Positions 30,072 to 45,565 of a stretch of DNA of 64,000 bases are shown here, piece after piece (positions within the stretch are counted from its first letter, which is position 1; each line of letters begins with the position of its first letter). Position numbers and translations under genes: made by a program. Location: NCBI GenBank assembly GCA_965153355.1, contig OZ231126.1:40796001-40860000 (forward strand). The letters run 5' to 3'. The DNA is from Flaccisagitta enflata. Lineage: Eukaryota. The notes beneath the pieces are model-generated. The model was not told the origin of the DNA, searched no databases, and worked only from the letters and a program-made list of their open reading frames with translations.

Positions 30072-31445
30072 GCTTGTTCGCCCTCTTTCACCCCCCTCTA
30101 ACAAGCCTCCCAGGACTCAAATCTCCACTCTCAGGCCTCAATTCATCCCTCTCAGCCCTCAAAATATCCGTCTCAAGCCTCATATCAGCCCTCTAAGACC
30201 TCAATACAGTCCTTACAAGATTCGCCTCAGCCCGCATGTGGCTTCAAATCAGTCCTTTCAAGCTTCAAATAAGCCCTCTCAGACCTTAAACCAATTCTTT
30301 CAGACCAAAAATCAGTTCTTTGACGCCACAAGTTAGCTGACCACAAATTGCTCTTGGGCGACTGGTTTGTTTCTCACGTGTGTAACGATACATTTTCATG
30401 CAATGGTTGTTAGGACAAAAAGTGAGACAGATTTTTTTTTTCATTCTATTTTACTCATAGTGTTATTTTCTTTTGTAACACCTCACACCATTCCCCCACC
30501 GTTTTCCGTCCGATTCCCCTTTGTCTTATTGTTTAGAATTTCTAATGTTAGTTTTCCTTTTTGGGCAGCGGCCCCGAAGGGGCCGATGACCTATGCTTTC
30601 ACACATAGGGAAATTATATTCTCCTCATTCTCTCATGCTCTTCTCCCGTCCCACCCCCTCAAGGGTGAATCCTAGTCTCGAGACCCAAATCCTGGCTTGG
30701 GGCTCAAATCCCGCACAGGCTCAAATCCCAGCCTCAGGCTCAAATCTCAGTCTCAGGCCCTCCCCTCCCAGCCTTGAGGCTCAAATCCCAACCTGAGGCT
30801 CAAATCCCAGTCTCAGGCTCGTCCAATGCTTGAGCTCGTCCCAGCTTGACTCAAATCCCAGCTTGACTCAATCCAGGCGAGCTCCAGTCAGCCTCAAAGC
30901 TCAAATCCCAGCCTCGCTCCGTCCCAGCCTCCAGGCTCAAATCCAGCCTCGGCTCAAATCCAACCTCAAACCGCAAATCAGCCTCAGCTCAATGCCGCCT
31001 CAAGCTGATCCGCCTCAGCTCAGATCAGCCTCAGCTCCAGATCAGCCTCGAGGCTCAAATCCCAGCCTCAAGGCCCCAGTCTCAGCCTAGGCCACTAATT
31101 CCATCAGCCAGGCCAAAAAATAAAAACAAGCATGAATCATGCCGGCCCAGCCAAGGACACCTCTTCTCAGCTGCCTGTGTGTCTGCTGTGTGGGGCAGCA
31201 GGGTGCCACTGACCCATCCTGTTCTTACTTTTGCGACTATTTTCATTTGTCCTCATCCTCGACTTTATCGACGTCGTCATTTACACATGAAGGGAAAACC
31301 ATCTAAACATAGCATACTTTTTGTTATGATTTTGCGGTCTTTGGTCTCACTGCTCCTGCCCAAATGCCCTTGTGACCTCATATACAGTGTTGCCCACCTG
31401 CAAGCGACTGGGAGAGCCTTGCTGTCGGCATATCCACTGTTAGTT

Positions 31446-31784
<339 letters not shown>

Positions 31785-32603
31785 TTGTGTTTGAGTTTAG
31801 TGGATAAATCCCATTCACTGGAACGTCTCTTTTCTTTTTCCTCTATTTCTATCGTCTTTTTAGGAGGAAATCCTGTTTGCTAATCTCATTGATTTCCCTC
31901 ACTCTTTGTCCTATGCATAACAAATCTCGTCGAGCAGTTCCTTGTCACTCCAACTGTGTGTCTCTCACTAATCTCTCTTCAGATCTCTCACATGATGTCC
32001 TTTGAATCGTGATTCTGTTGACCCTTATAGCTCTCTTCTTACCTCCATTCCTTTATCTCATCTGACATGTCTTCATTGTTGTTCCTACTTTCCCCGTCTC
32101 TTTCTCTTTTCGTCTATCTACGCATTCTTTCTTTACAGATCTCTCTCTCTTGATGCCCTTGCTTCGGCACCATAAAACGAATGTACGCGTGGCAGAAACT
32201 TGGGTAATTATTGATTTTTCAGGTTCCTAGTAGAGAAAGAGACAACATGATCTAAATACCCATTCAACTTTGAGTCTTACTCCCTGCTCACGATGTCAAT
32301 TCGTATAGGAGTCTATTAACCTGACATTCGGCCCTTCAATCTCCTGTACTCCGCCTTCTCACTCTGAATTTTAGCCTGGTCCTGTCTCATTTCCTCTTTG
32401 GGCTTCTGCCTCGAAAAGATGGATAAGTTGTTGTGGGAAAATATCAGTTATTATCGATTGGAAATTTTCTTAACTAGAAGACACTGCACAGATAAATCCT
32501 GCAGTAACGAATTAGATTTGTTGAACAGGACTGTTACTGCCATACTCTCTTTTTTGATGCAGTATGCAATTCATTTTTTTAGAGCTTGGAGAAACTTCGT
32601 TTT

Positions 32604-32762
<159 letters not shown>

Positions 32763-33176
32763 ACCACTCAATCCGCCAGAAGTATCTTTTTAGCCATCAT
32801 TGCAACCGATGAGATAAACACCTTCCTAACCACTGCATCTTGTTGCCGCAAACACCTTCCTCTACACTGTATCCATCGCTACCATCAGTTTCCTAAACAC
32901 AATGACCAATATTGCTAACATGTTACCAATTACCATATACAGATACAGATACAGATTCAACTAATTTCAACCCAATATGATGTACGAGATTTAGAGGCAC
33001 AAATATAAAAGCACAATACAGTCAATAATACTACTACGAAATGCAGGGGGAAGGGGTTTGGGGATAGAGTGGCATTAAGACGAATCAGCTGTATAGTGTA
33101 TACACCTAGGTCCGGGCTTGTGTTAAGCTTAAACAATGAGACTTGAGTGTCATTGCACATATGGTGAATTAACATG

Positions 33177-33921
33177 AGAGAAGAAAAACACTTTTTTCAT
33201 GGTTGTTTTATTATTTTTGTTTATTATTTTTGTTTTATTATTTTTTCATGGTTGTTTTATTATAAAAACAGAAATTTTTCGTCCAATATTGACAGGACAT
33301 CATTCAGCTGTAGAAATTTTTCGTCCAATATTGACAGGACATCATTCAGCTGTAGAATGGAAAGAAGCTGGCTGAACATAAAGGTTACGTACGACGCGGA
33401 GAATGGCATTTGTCTGGCATTGCAGCACACAAAGAAAACTGTCCAGATGGGAACGTCAACTTTGATGAACCGACCATACTCGCCAGAATCAACACGCGGA
33501 CTAAGAAACAAGCAGATTACAAACTCGACTTCATGGAATCTCTGATGATAAAACTTCACCAAACGGGCCCCAATCACGGTTTCAATGAAGATGAAGGTCG
33601 TCGCGTCCACACGAAACAGTATGATCCACTCCTCAGCCGTCTTCGAAAAAAAAATCTCAAAAACAATTCTACATAATGCTATGTAGTGACATCTGTAGGG
33701 GGAGGGGGGAGGAGGGATTATCCCTTTCCTGAGGTCTTTGTTTTGACCATATGGTCATTTCCTCAGTTGGCTCTCTCTTTTAGCCTTTAAAATTGAGATG
33801 CATCTCTGCTTCTTTCCATTCTACAGCTGAATGATGTCCTGTCAATATTGGACGAAAATTTCTGTTTTTATAATAAAACAACCATATGTGTATTCCCATA
33901 AAAAAGTGTTTTTCTTCTCTC
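33177..33921 (+). mobile_element. 5'-truncated Penelope-like retroelement: GIY-YIG endonuclease C-terminus (about 33368-33676) flanked by inverted pseudo-LTR sequence
   Basis: Frame reads LAEHKGYVRRGEWHLSGIAAHKENC..VNFDEPTILA...MESLMI...NEDEG...YDPLL*, typical of the PLE endonuclease tail. 33177-33368 is an inverted copy of 33808-33921. Confidence 0.8.
33821..33866 (+). ncRNA. Minimal hammerhead-ribozyme-like motif in the Penelope pseudo-LTR; two further tandem copies on the minus strand at 33270-33353
   Basis: acag-CTGAATGA-t-GTCC-tgtcaatatt-GGAC-GAAA-attt-ctgt: core boxes, a 4-bp stem II and acag/ctgt stem I. The core has one extra nucleotide relative to CUGANGA. Confidence 0.55.
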
Positions 33922-34928
33922 AAGCTTAAACAATAGAATTATCTTGTCCGATTTGCGTGAAAACTTGCATAGCTTTGACCAAACTCACCATTCCACTTCT
34001 TTTGCCTCTTTTTGGGCAGCGGCCCTGAAGGGGACGAAGTCCTGTAGAACACAGGGGGACTTTCGTTTGTCCGTCCGTTTGTCCATTTGTTAGTCCCCCC
34101 AGGCCCTCTCAGGCCTAAAATCTGCCCTCTCAGGCCTTGAATCTGCCCCCTCAAGCCTCAAATCTGCCCTCTCAGGCCTAAAAGCTATCCTCTCAGGGCT
34201 CAAATCTGCACTCTCAGATTCAAGGCCTGAGAGGGCAGATTTCAGGCCTGAGAGGACAGATTTCAGGCCTGAGAGGGCAGATTTCAAGAAATGGGCCTGG
34301 GGGGGACTGACGGACAAACGAAAGTACCCCTGTGTTCTACAGGACGTCGTCCCCTTCAGGGCTGCTGCCCTGCTTCCTCTCATTCCAATTTACAACTATG
34401 CAAAGCATGGCAACGGGTATCGCTGACTACATATTGCCCCTGGGCGACCTGTTTTTAATGTTCTTACCAGTTAGTGAAATTGCTACCAACGTTGAACAAA
34501 ACTTTCGGCCAAAACATTTGCAGGCTTGGCACGCGACTCGAAAAAATTGTAACGCGTGAGTAAGTGTCAAAAGACCCCAGAAATGATGCGGAAGAAGAAG
34601 CCAACTGACGAGGATAGAGGTTTGACGCCCAAATAAGGCGAGATAACTCGCTTACCTACCAACCAAAAAGTCCATCAACCAAAACGTTCATCAACCAAAA
34701 TTCGTAAACTGAATTTAACCCACATGCTGCATGAGGAAAATAAACCGAATTGAATTGAACTTAATTGAATGGCACCAACAATAAGGAGGCTGACCACGTC
34801 AAACCAACAAAAAGAACCAACAAAAATAACCATCCCAGACGAGATAGGACTGTACAGTGACGAAGCTGAACAAGTCAACTCGATTTAGAATCAATACGAA
34901 CGAGAACACTCAGAACAGAAAGACAGGC

Positions 34929-34983
<55 letters not shown>

Positions 34984-35761
34984 ACAAACTGGCTACATGG
35001 AAAAAAAGGGCTAAAAAAAAAAAGAAAAAAAAAGATTTTGTTCGAAAATACAAAAGAGGATGGGTATAAGGGAAAAAGAAAGACAGAGAGAAAGGATGGG
35101 AAAGCTGAAAAGGAAAGGAGGGAGAAGGCAAGCAAATGGGAGGTAAATACAGATGGTTATCATTCGGAAGGACAGAAAGAGTAAATCAAACGTAGGTGAA
35201 AGAAAGAAACAGCGCATGTCATAGGAGGCACTGATAGAAAGAGATAGATTGGATGATAAGATATGATCATGTACAGGGCAGGATGCAAGGGGATGGGGCG
35301 AAAGATAGAACGAAAGAGGAAAGGAGGCAAAGGAGGTAAAGAAAGACAGGGACAGGTAACGAAAAAAAAGATAGAGACATGTTGGTAGACAGAAAAGGAG
35401 TAAAGAGCAGTAAGCAAATAGAACATTGCTGGGAAAATGGAGTGTGAAGTTGTCAATCACTGAAAAGGCTGAAAATGGCTGAATGGGGCCGAAGAAAAGG
35501 GAAAAGAAACTTGTCCAAACTCCAAAGAACTACGCGCAATTTGAGCAAATACGAGAGGAGCAACAGCATGGGCCACAGCAACATAAGATAGAAGCTACCC
35601 GAGGAAAGAAGAGATGCCTGTCAATTCCATCTTAAAGGTTGGTCGGTCCCATCCCCCTCTCCCATCTGACATTTGCCGTGCATTGCGAATGGCCAAAAAG
35701 AAAACAACTTTTTTACTTTAACTCATTCAAAAGGTGATACAGTCACACACAGACACACATA

Positions 35762-35967
<206 letters not shown>

Positions 35968-36197
35968 CACTTAACAGCGTACAGAGAACTCTAGTCTCAA
36001 TTTGGTTCTTTTCTCTTTCATCATATCTCATTACAACGTCAACAAACCGTTTACAGCCTTGCAGCAAACAGTGGGACAAACTTACAAGAATCAAGACCTT
36101 TCGAGCGGCCTTGCATTGCACAGTGGAATAAGCTCTCAAGAAAATTTTGCTTTTTGACACCGTGTATTTTTCACTCAGTGTGCCACCTTGCAATATA

Positions 36198-36709
36198 CAG
36201 GGTGTGTTTCTACTCAAAGACACAAACGCGTTTCTTATGTGGGTTTTGCAAATCACGATTTTACTTAACTCTCCCTGAAAAAAATTAATGAATAAGGTAA
36301 ATTCGAACCCTCTCCAATTAGCCTTGTGTATTCAGCTTCTTTGAACCTGAAGTCAACGCCCTAACCAACCACGCCATTAGGGCAATCACACAGGTCAGTG
36401 GAATTTCAATGGCCTTATACTAAAACTTTATATCAATTTATGGGGGTTCAGTTCTGTAATGGCTATTTTATTTAATTGCGTCTCTATTAAACAACTCTAC
36501 CAGCAATAATTTTAGATTTTTGAGTGAATGTCTCAGTGGCACAGGTGGTTAAGGTGTAAGCTTCTAGCCTATTAGAACATATTGCTTTTGAGCGTGAGTT
36601 CAATCCCTGCAAGAGGCCAATGTTTTTTCAGGATGAGGGTGGTGAAAATCGCGAATTGTAAAACCTACCTGAAAAACGTGTTTCTGGCTTGGAGTAGAAA
36701 CGCACCCAC
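36198..36709. mobile_element. Degenerate palindromic MITE containing two divergent tRNA-derived (A/B-box) heads
   Basis: 36198-36285 is an inverted match to 36622-36709, starting TA-CAGGGTG. Plus head 36530-36620 (TGGCACAGGTGG...GAGTTCAATCCC); minus head about 36290-36383 (TGGCGTGGTTGG...GGTTCGAAT). Confidence 0.6.
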
Positions 36710-37700
36710 AGTGGGACAAGCATTGAACGTGATGGGGCTGAAAATTGCCTTGTATCATACATTGAGACATTTGTGATAAAAGAATGTATTCATAAGAAAA
36801 AATGGGGTTGATAATTGCCTTTTTTGATGAAGTAGAATAAAAGAAAATGCACCTGCCAGAAGCTATGCATTTCGGAATTGTGCCGGAATTTTGCAACTGT
36901 ATCTTCAAATCAACTCCTTAACATCACTTCATTACATGCTGAGAAATGCGTAGGGAAAAAAAAATTCGCAGGTAACTTTTCAATCAATCAGCTTAATTTG
37001 TTTGATTTATTGGACCGGAAAAGTAAGATATCATATTGTCAGTACTACTGACCAGTAGCCAAAGCAGAAGACAACGTCAATAATAATACAACTATACCTG
37101 AAACTCTATTCTGTAGCCCTATGGTTGAACTAGCATGTAAACGGGACACGAACAAAGCATCACTCATGGGGCCATGAAGTTTAAACTTGAAAGGTTGAAT
37201 TTGTTAAAGTCATCCCTCAGTTTGCTAATGTCACATCGTCACAGGATGAAGAGAAAGGCAAGGGGCCACACCAAATGTCCTCCCTGTGTCAGCATCTTCG
37301 CGTTTCGAGAGCGTCAGAATGGAGAATGGAACAATTACGACAGCACGTAACTTTTTTTGACTATCTCATCTCTGTCTCCGTTTTCTTGTTTGTATTTCAT
37401 TAGGAATTGGACTTGGCAGCATACAGTGAGGTTCGTGCAAAAACAGCATAAACTGGAGGAAGGTATCTTGATTTGATTATACAGACTGGATATTTGAAAT
37501 ATAAAATATTACCGGGATTCTTGTGGCCCTGAGTTTGTTGGTTGGTTGGTTTGTTGGATGTTTGTTGATTGCTTTTTGATCATTCATAGATATTGAAACA
37601 TCAATATATGAACAAATACCCAATTACCTTTTCGTCTTTATCTACCAGTCTGTCTGTATGTGTGCCTGTCTTTGTCTCTGTCTCTGTCTCTGTGTTTGTC

Positions 37701-37805
<105 letters not shown>

Positions 37806-37946
37806 GGGGTCTCCCATTGCGCGACCGCTGAGGGAAAAACGTTGGCTGGAGTCTCACATTGGTGGAAGAGGAGGAAGAGGAAGCGAAGTAGGAGGAGAGC
37901 CGAAAGTCATCCGATGTCCATACCATTTTGACACTAATGTAAAAGC

Positions 37947-38708
<762 letters not shown>

Positions 38709-38771
38709 CCAAAATTATGACCAAATATCTACTGTTGCTTTATCCGGTATTGTTCATCTACATGTAAACAA

Positions 38772-39356
38772 CAGGATGAGCAAAAAAATTCGTACTTGGT
38801 CCATAGCTTGAAAGCCATACTTGTAATGGGAGTTGTGAGCTAAAATTTGAACCAGAGTATCTCAGTTAGCCATACTAAAAGTAGAAACGAAGAACAGCTG
38901 ATATGATTTCCATACATCGCCGTGACACGTACTTAAGAAAAAACGGGATATCATATTTTGACATGATTTTATTTGCAGAGCGGTGTTTATTCAAAAATGA
39001 AGGTTTTTTGCATCTTTATTGGCCCCTAGATGGATTGTTTGAGAATCAATATATCAAGGGGAGTTAGTTAGGTCATCTAGGAGGGGTTTCACTATGCAAA
39101 AGTGATATATCAATCCAATTTAGACAAGAGATCAATGTTTTTTTCACCAAAAAAAGAAATCTTTAGTAAATTTCTACTTACATCCCTTTCGGTCTAAAGA
39201 TGTTTCCTGCTGTCTACCATTCATCAATTTTCCTGATCTAAACTATGAAAAATAACCTAATATTTAATTTTGAACATTACCTTGAAAGACTTTATGCAAA
39301 TCTAGGTGTCTTTTCTATAGATTTGATGGCTAGTACGAGATTTTTTGCTCACCCTG
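38772..39356. mobile_element. Tc1/mariner-type MITE
   Basis: TIR CAGGATGAGCAAAAAAATTCGTACT / AGTACGAGATTTTTTGCTCACCCTG. TSD not clearly preserved. Confidence 0.7.
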
Positions 39357-39426
39357 TTAGATCATGCATATTCTGCCTGATTATAGCCATACCGTGTATG
39401 CTTTAAGTTGAAATGGCATAGAAGCG

Positions 39427-39640
<214 letters not shown>

Positions 39641-40029
39641 TGTGTATTAGGCTGCCATTAGGTTGCTGATACCGCAGTCAGGTTGCTGAGGCAGCAATTA
39701 GGTTGCGTAGGCCTTGATCAGGTCATGGAGGCTGCGATGAGGCCGTGATTAGGTCGCTGAGACTGCAATAAGTATATTTTCTTGGGGCATTGTATGATGT
39801 AAGATCAGTCCACATACTTTTAGCAGGCAATATCAGTATACGCAGGTGGCAAAATCATCGCGTAAAAAAAGTGGAAAAAACTAGTCTAATTTATATGAAA
39901 GACGAAGCAAATCAACAAACTGCTGAGTGCAAAAGTCCAAATCTTTGTATAGATGGCCGCCAAAAGGTTCAAAGATGCCCTCTATAGATCTGAAATATTT
40001 TAATGACCCTCGGGGGGGGCGGGCACACA

Positions 40030-40245
40030 CTTCAGTTTTTCTTCGTAGGTGGTTCCCCTTACATCACACATTTGCTTTATCAGCCTTTCCTGCACTTTCT
40101 CCAATACTCTCTTGTCGTTCTCTGTCCACGGATTCCATGCTGCCACTGCAAATTCTAGTTTGGGCCTGATAAAGCACTTGTAAATGGGAACCAGCTGTAA
40201 TGGAAGGCGCGAAGCATTTGACCAAGCGCGAAATTTGGCTTTTTT
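40030..40245 (-). mobile_element. CR1/L2-type LINE ORF2 C-terminal relic, frameshifted
   Basis: YKCFIRPKLEFAVAAWNPW...LEKVQER...TYEEKLK, preceded in another frame by ALGQMLRAFHY; characteristic post-RT region of CR1-group LINEs. Confidence 0.8.
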
Positions 40246-41731
40246 CAAACAATTCATTAACCACTTGAAAAAAGCCGGATTAAATTGGCTAAAATTAGCG
40301 TGCCAACCCAGCCATGAAGTCCTAGTAACATATTACTACATAAATGAGCTAATATCTCATAAACCAGGCTTCAGATTTACCTGAATTTGCATAGGGGAAG
40401 TTGTTTATTCACTATCTCTCACTTGCATACTAAATTAGCACCACATACTTTTACTACCCTCTACCTATAAAACCACTCTGTCACAGCTAAATATTACTAT
40501 AAAATGAGAGAGGTAGAAAAGTTTAAGAATTTTTTTGTAAATACACATAAGCCTCCATTATTGACTTATAAACAACACCAGCAAAGCTTCATAAAATTCT
40601 GAAGTATGATCCAGATACAGAAGGTCTTAATGAGACCACCACCACCCACCCACCCACAAACAACATACAACGCATCACTGCTACTTTATAGTCACTGACG
40701 AAAATTGTTCGTCGGGGACAAAAAAAATATAAAAAAGTGAGGGAGAAAAGAAAAGAAAAATAAAACCATGGTTACACTTTCACCCCCATTCACATGCTCA
40801 CCGTCTTTGTTCCCTTCAACCTCTGGGACTAGTTCATCGCTTGGCCACCAACAAGGTCCTAGCCCAGGTAGCTGACAGTAGCCCTCTAGGTATCGGGTGG
40901 TCTTTAAAAAGGTAGCTTTTTGGACTGTCACATCTGAATGAGGTTAAATTTCCTGTCACACTTAGCGCTACATGGCACCAAATGAAATAACTTCAAGAAG
41001 GGAACACACACACACACACACACAAAAACAAAATAAAAACAACACACACACAAAAAAACGCACACACACACACAAAAACACACACACACACACACACACA
41101 AAAACACACACACACACATACAAACACACATACAGTGCTTCACATAACTCTGAAAGTCTGAATGGTAGTTATTCAAAAATGATCTTTCAATCCAACACGG
41201 CCAACACCTATGCGTGCAGAACAAGAATAACTTAGGATGACATTAAATAACTCAAAATGACTTAAACAACTAAATTGACCTATGTGACTTAAGTGACTCA
41301 ATGTAGCGTAATATAACTTGAAATAACTTAGAATGACTAAGAATGACTTAGTTTGACTTAGTTTGACTTAGAATGACTCAAAATGACTAAAAGAAAAAGT
41401 AAAGTGTGATAGACAGACAGATGGACAGACAATTGGATGGACGGACAAACGGACGGACCGATGGACCAATGAACTGACGGACTGATGGACAGATGGATGG
41501 ATGGACCGATGGATCAACCAACAAAGTCGTTCGCGACTAAAAATACAACTAACTAGGCTCATTGTATAGGTGGTGTTGGCCAGCCCCTTGAAAGTAGTAA
41601 GTCAAAACTAGGTGCTGACAAACTGATACACAGACGGATGGACAGGCTGACCGACGATAGCTTATAGACAAAATGTGGCACTACGACAAAACTCGGAAAT
41701 GAAACCAAACACCAAAACAAAAGGCCATGGA

Positions 41732-41817
<86 letters not shown>

Positions 41818-43807
41818 CCCTCTTATGACAAAGTATTTTCGTAGCAAAAATCATCAGTCTCAAGTAGCTAAATAGATGCTCAAGTATCTAAAGAAAATCG
41901 TCAAAAATATCTAAAGTAGTAGCTGGTAGCTAAACGCCTTTTTTGGTAGCCAAGCACCCCTCTGTAATAGCTAAATTTAGCTACCTAGTAGCTAAGATGG
42001 CGACCGAGGTTCATCGCCTTTTACCTGCAATATCCAACTAACATCAATGATTCCAGGGTGGGGTAGATCCCCCACCATCCAAAAACACCCCCAGAAGGTA
42101 ATCCGGAAGGTTCACAATGTGTATAAAGACCAACCTTAGCTTAATTAACAGGCTTGGTTTGCCGAATAATTGTTGAGTTTGAAGTTGAGACAATGAACAA
42201 TCCTCATAAACGTTCTTTAATGTAACACAATTAAAGCAATCATGGCAATCATGGAATTTTTTAAAGTGATTTTAAGAAGCAACACACAGTGAAGTTGGGT
42301 GTTGATCAATATGAGACGTCATTAGCTTTTTTAGATATTCGAAGAAACCTTACTACTGCAATATGCAAATCATCTCCTCACATTGCTTTTAAGATATGAA
42401 AAGTTTCTGTATGATCTCGTCGCTCAAGATGAAAGGAAGATAAAGACAAAGATGAAGTTAATGAAGACAAAACAAAGAATGATACATGTGGAACATGTAA
42501 CTAGCCTTAGCCCAAGAGTGTGATAGACAAGTCGGAACACCTAAAGGGGAAATCAATGCTACTCGGAGGGCAAGAAGAAAAAGCACGTCTGTTCCCATCA
42601 TCGATAGCCATTGCCTAATCATTCATAACCATATGTTAACCACTCATTGCTGTCTTGACTTATCGCCCGCCTCATGGAAACGTACTCTTGTTTTCTAATT
42701 GAACGTTTCTCATTCATTAACGTCATGGTAAGGTTATTTGATGACACTGGTTAGTTATTATTCAACACGTCATAAATTTGTCAGGCCAACGTTTAGTTCA
42801 CCACACGTCTAGCTGTATCCGTATTTAGTAAATTTTAAATTACCGCCTGTACTTATACGTCACGGCAACAAAATGATAGACGTATACGTGATACCCGGGT
42901 GTGACCATGGGTAAGTACGGGTAACTACTATACGGCACAGCGTCAAGCCTAGCCCAGGTGGCGTCGATAGATCCGAGGCACAAGTTTCTGTAGCGCTATA
43001 ACTACAACTATGAGTTTGTAAAACCAATTCATTATGTAAAAATTGTATAAAATTACTAGTTTTCTGCATATTACCTTTAATTTCATAAAAACTACATCAA
43101 AAGAATAAGTGATCAAACCTTAAAACCTGATTAATCTTTCTGATTTAGCCGTTTCCCTCCTATTTTTCTGCTATTTTCCTTCTTTTCCATTATCAAATCC
43201 ATGAGTCCGACTTTTGAGCTTCATTTCCGCGGCACAATGTGCCAAGTGTGCCCCTGCAGGGCCGGCGAGAGAAATGGCGGGCCCCCCCTCTAGCCCCTTT
43301 GGCCAGCTTCTTCCAACCCCCTCCCTTAGTACCCGCAACTGACAAACTGACTAACTAATAGACATAGTGGATTATAAGAGTAACTTGCATGCAACTATAA
43401 ACTCAATTTGCTTATAAATTTTAGAAAAACTTTGTCATTTGAAAGCCCATAGAAAGTACTTTCATTAGGCACCAATCTAATATTGCTATTTTTTTTGTAT
43501 AGAATTGCTATTGATTTGAGTAAATACATAGCCATTTTTTTTTTTGCAACGGCAACGCTTTTATGAAAATGCATTTTTGCAAATCAGTGCTTTTCTTTGC
43601 AGGGCACTCGAAAGATTTTTTAAAGATATTTTTAATCATTTTTTAAAAATAGTTAGAATTATCATTTATTATCATTAAATGAACTGATAGATTTTTTTAT
43701 CCTAGTGGCAATAGTAAAATGCACTATATCTTTTGAATAGTTAAGACTTCAGTTAGGACTTCACTAATGAGCTAGCATCGTTTGATCTAAACGGTGCCCA
43801 GTTTTCC

Positions 43808-45565
43808 TTTTGGGGCAGTGGCCCCAAAGGGCCGATGTCCTGTACACAGGGGTGACTTTCCAGACGTACATCAGTCCCCCCCCCAGGCCCCTCTCAAGCC
43901 CTAAATCAGCCCTCTCAAACCCATAATCAGTCCTCATAAGCCCAAAACTTGGCCCTCTTAGGCCCAAAACTCAGCCCTCTCAGGCCCAAAATCAACCCTC
44001 TCAGTTCCAAAATTAGCTCTCTCTCGCAGCAGCCCTGAAGGGCCGATGTCCTTTAGGACACGGGTAAATTTCCAGATGTACGTACGTCCGTACATACATC
44101 CCCCCTCCCAGGCTACTTGGGCCCCTCTTAGACCTCAAATCAGGCCTCTTAGGCCCCAAATTGGCCCCCTTGGACCCCAAATCAACCTTTTCAAACCTAA
44201 AATCTGCCCAATAAAGTCCAGGATCAACCCTCTCAAACCCAAAATGAACCTTCTTAAGCCCAAGTTCATCCCTCTCAGGCCCAAAGTCAAACCTCTCAGG
44301 CCCAAGCAACCAAATGCCCTCAAATTTGCCCTCTCAAGACGTCTGGAAATTCACCCCAGTATTCTACACTGGGGTGAATTTCACTCAACTCTTTCAGCAA
44401 ATCACTCCAAACAGGGCATCGGGTATCGCTAACTATATGCTATCCTTTGATGATTAGTCTTTGGGCAACGGCCCCACGGGTGAACTTCCATACGTCCGTC
44501 CTTCTGTCCCCCCCCCCCGAAGCTTCTCAAGCCTCCCATTGAATAACATAGAATTGATAAAATGCAAACTTCCAATTGAATAACATGGAAAACTTACAAA
44601 AAAGTAGAAAAATGCATATTTCCCATTGAATAACATGGAAAATTGATGAAAAATGAAAACAATTTGAAATTCCCATTGAATAACATGGCAGTATGACAAA
44701 GAATTGAGAAAATGCAACAGTCCCATTGAATATCATAGAAAATTGCTCCTTTGGCCTCAAATATGCCTTCTCAGGACGTATGGAAATTCACCCTGTGTCT
44801 TATGAACACATCGCCCTCAGCCACTGCCCTGCCCACCACTCTCTCAGCTAATCACTCCAAGCAGGGCATCGGGTACTGCTGACCATGCCATCTCGGATGA
44901 CTAGTTTTTGGGCATGCCCTGGGGAAGGGGGACGAAGTCCTGTAGAACACAGGGGACTTCGTTCGTCCATCCGTCTGCCCCTCTATCAGGCCCCTCTCAG
45001 GCCTCAACCAGGGGCCTCTGCGCCTCAACCAAGCCTCTCCCAGGCTTGGAAATCTGGCCCGTCAGGGCCTGGGAATCTGGCCTCTCAAGCCTCAATTTCC
45101 AGCTCTCTCTCAAACTGGCTCTCAGGCCTCATCTGGCCTCTCAGGCCTCACATCTGCCTAAGTCAGGCCTCACACCTGGCCTTGCAGGCCTCAAATTAGC
45201 CTTCTCAGGCCTCAAATTAGCCTCTCAGGTCTTAGATCTAGCTCCTCTAGCATCAAATCCGGCCTCTCTAATAAGGCTTGTGCCTTCAAATTCTGGTCTG
45301 TCAGGCCCTAAATCTAGCTCTGTCACACCTGATGGCCTCCCAAACCTGGCCTCCTTGAGCCCTGGAGTACTCTGAAAAGCTTACTTGAAGGCCTTTGCCA
45401 GCTGATTATATATCTCATCAACATTTTCAGGCAGACGAATAAAGTTCTCTCATGTTCTACAGGACTCCCTGTCCCCTCGCCGCTGCCCCACAGCCCTCAC
45501 ACAAATTCACAATCATGTGTGCCGGCAACGGGCATCGCTGACTACATATTGCCCTGGACGTACCT
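43808..45565 (+). mobile_element. Head-to-tail cluster of Family A HINE-like copies
   Basis: Copies start at about 43808, 44025 (internal), 44459 and 44905. The last two begin in the T-run right after the previous copy's 3' end. Confidence 0.65.

Noticed and set aside
36290..36620. Functional tRNA genes, including a possible UCA (Sec/opal) anticodon
   Set aside because: Acceptor and T stems do not close and the variable regions are oversized. Treated as tRNA-derived repeat heads.
42840..42916. ...IDVYVIPGCDHG|gtaagt as the ENPP SDHG exon
   Set aside because: Upstream sequence lacks GHxxGP and VD motifs and runs into a stop; the similarity is too slight.
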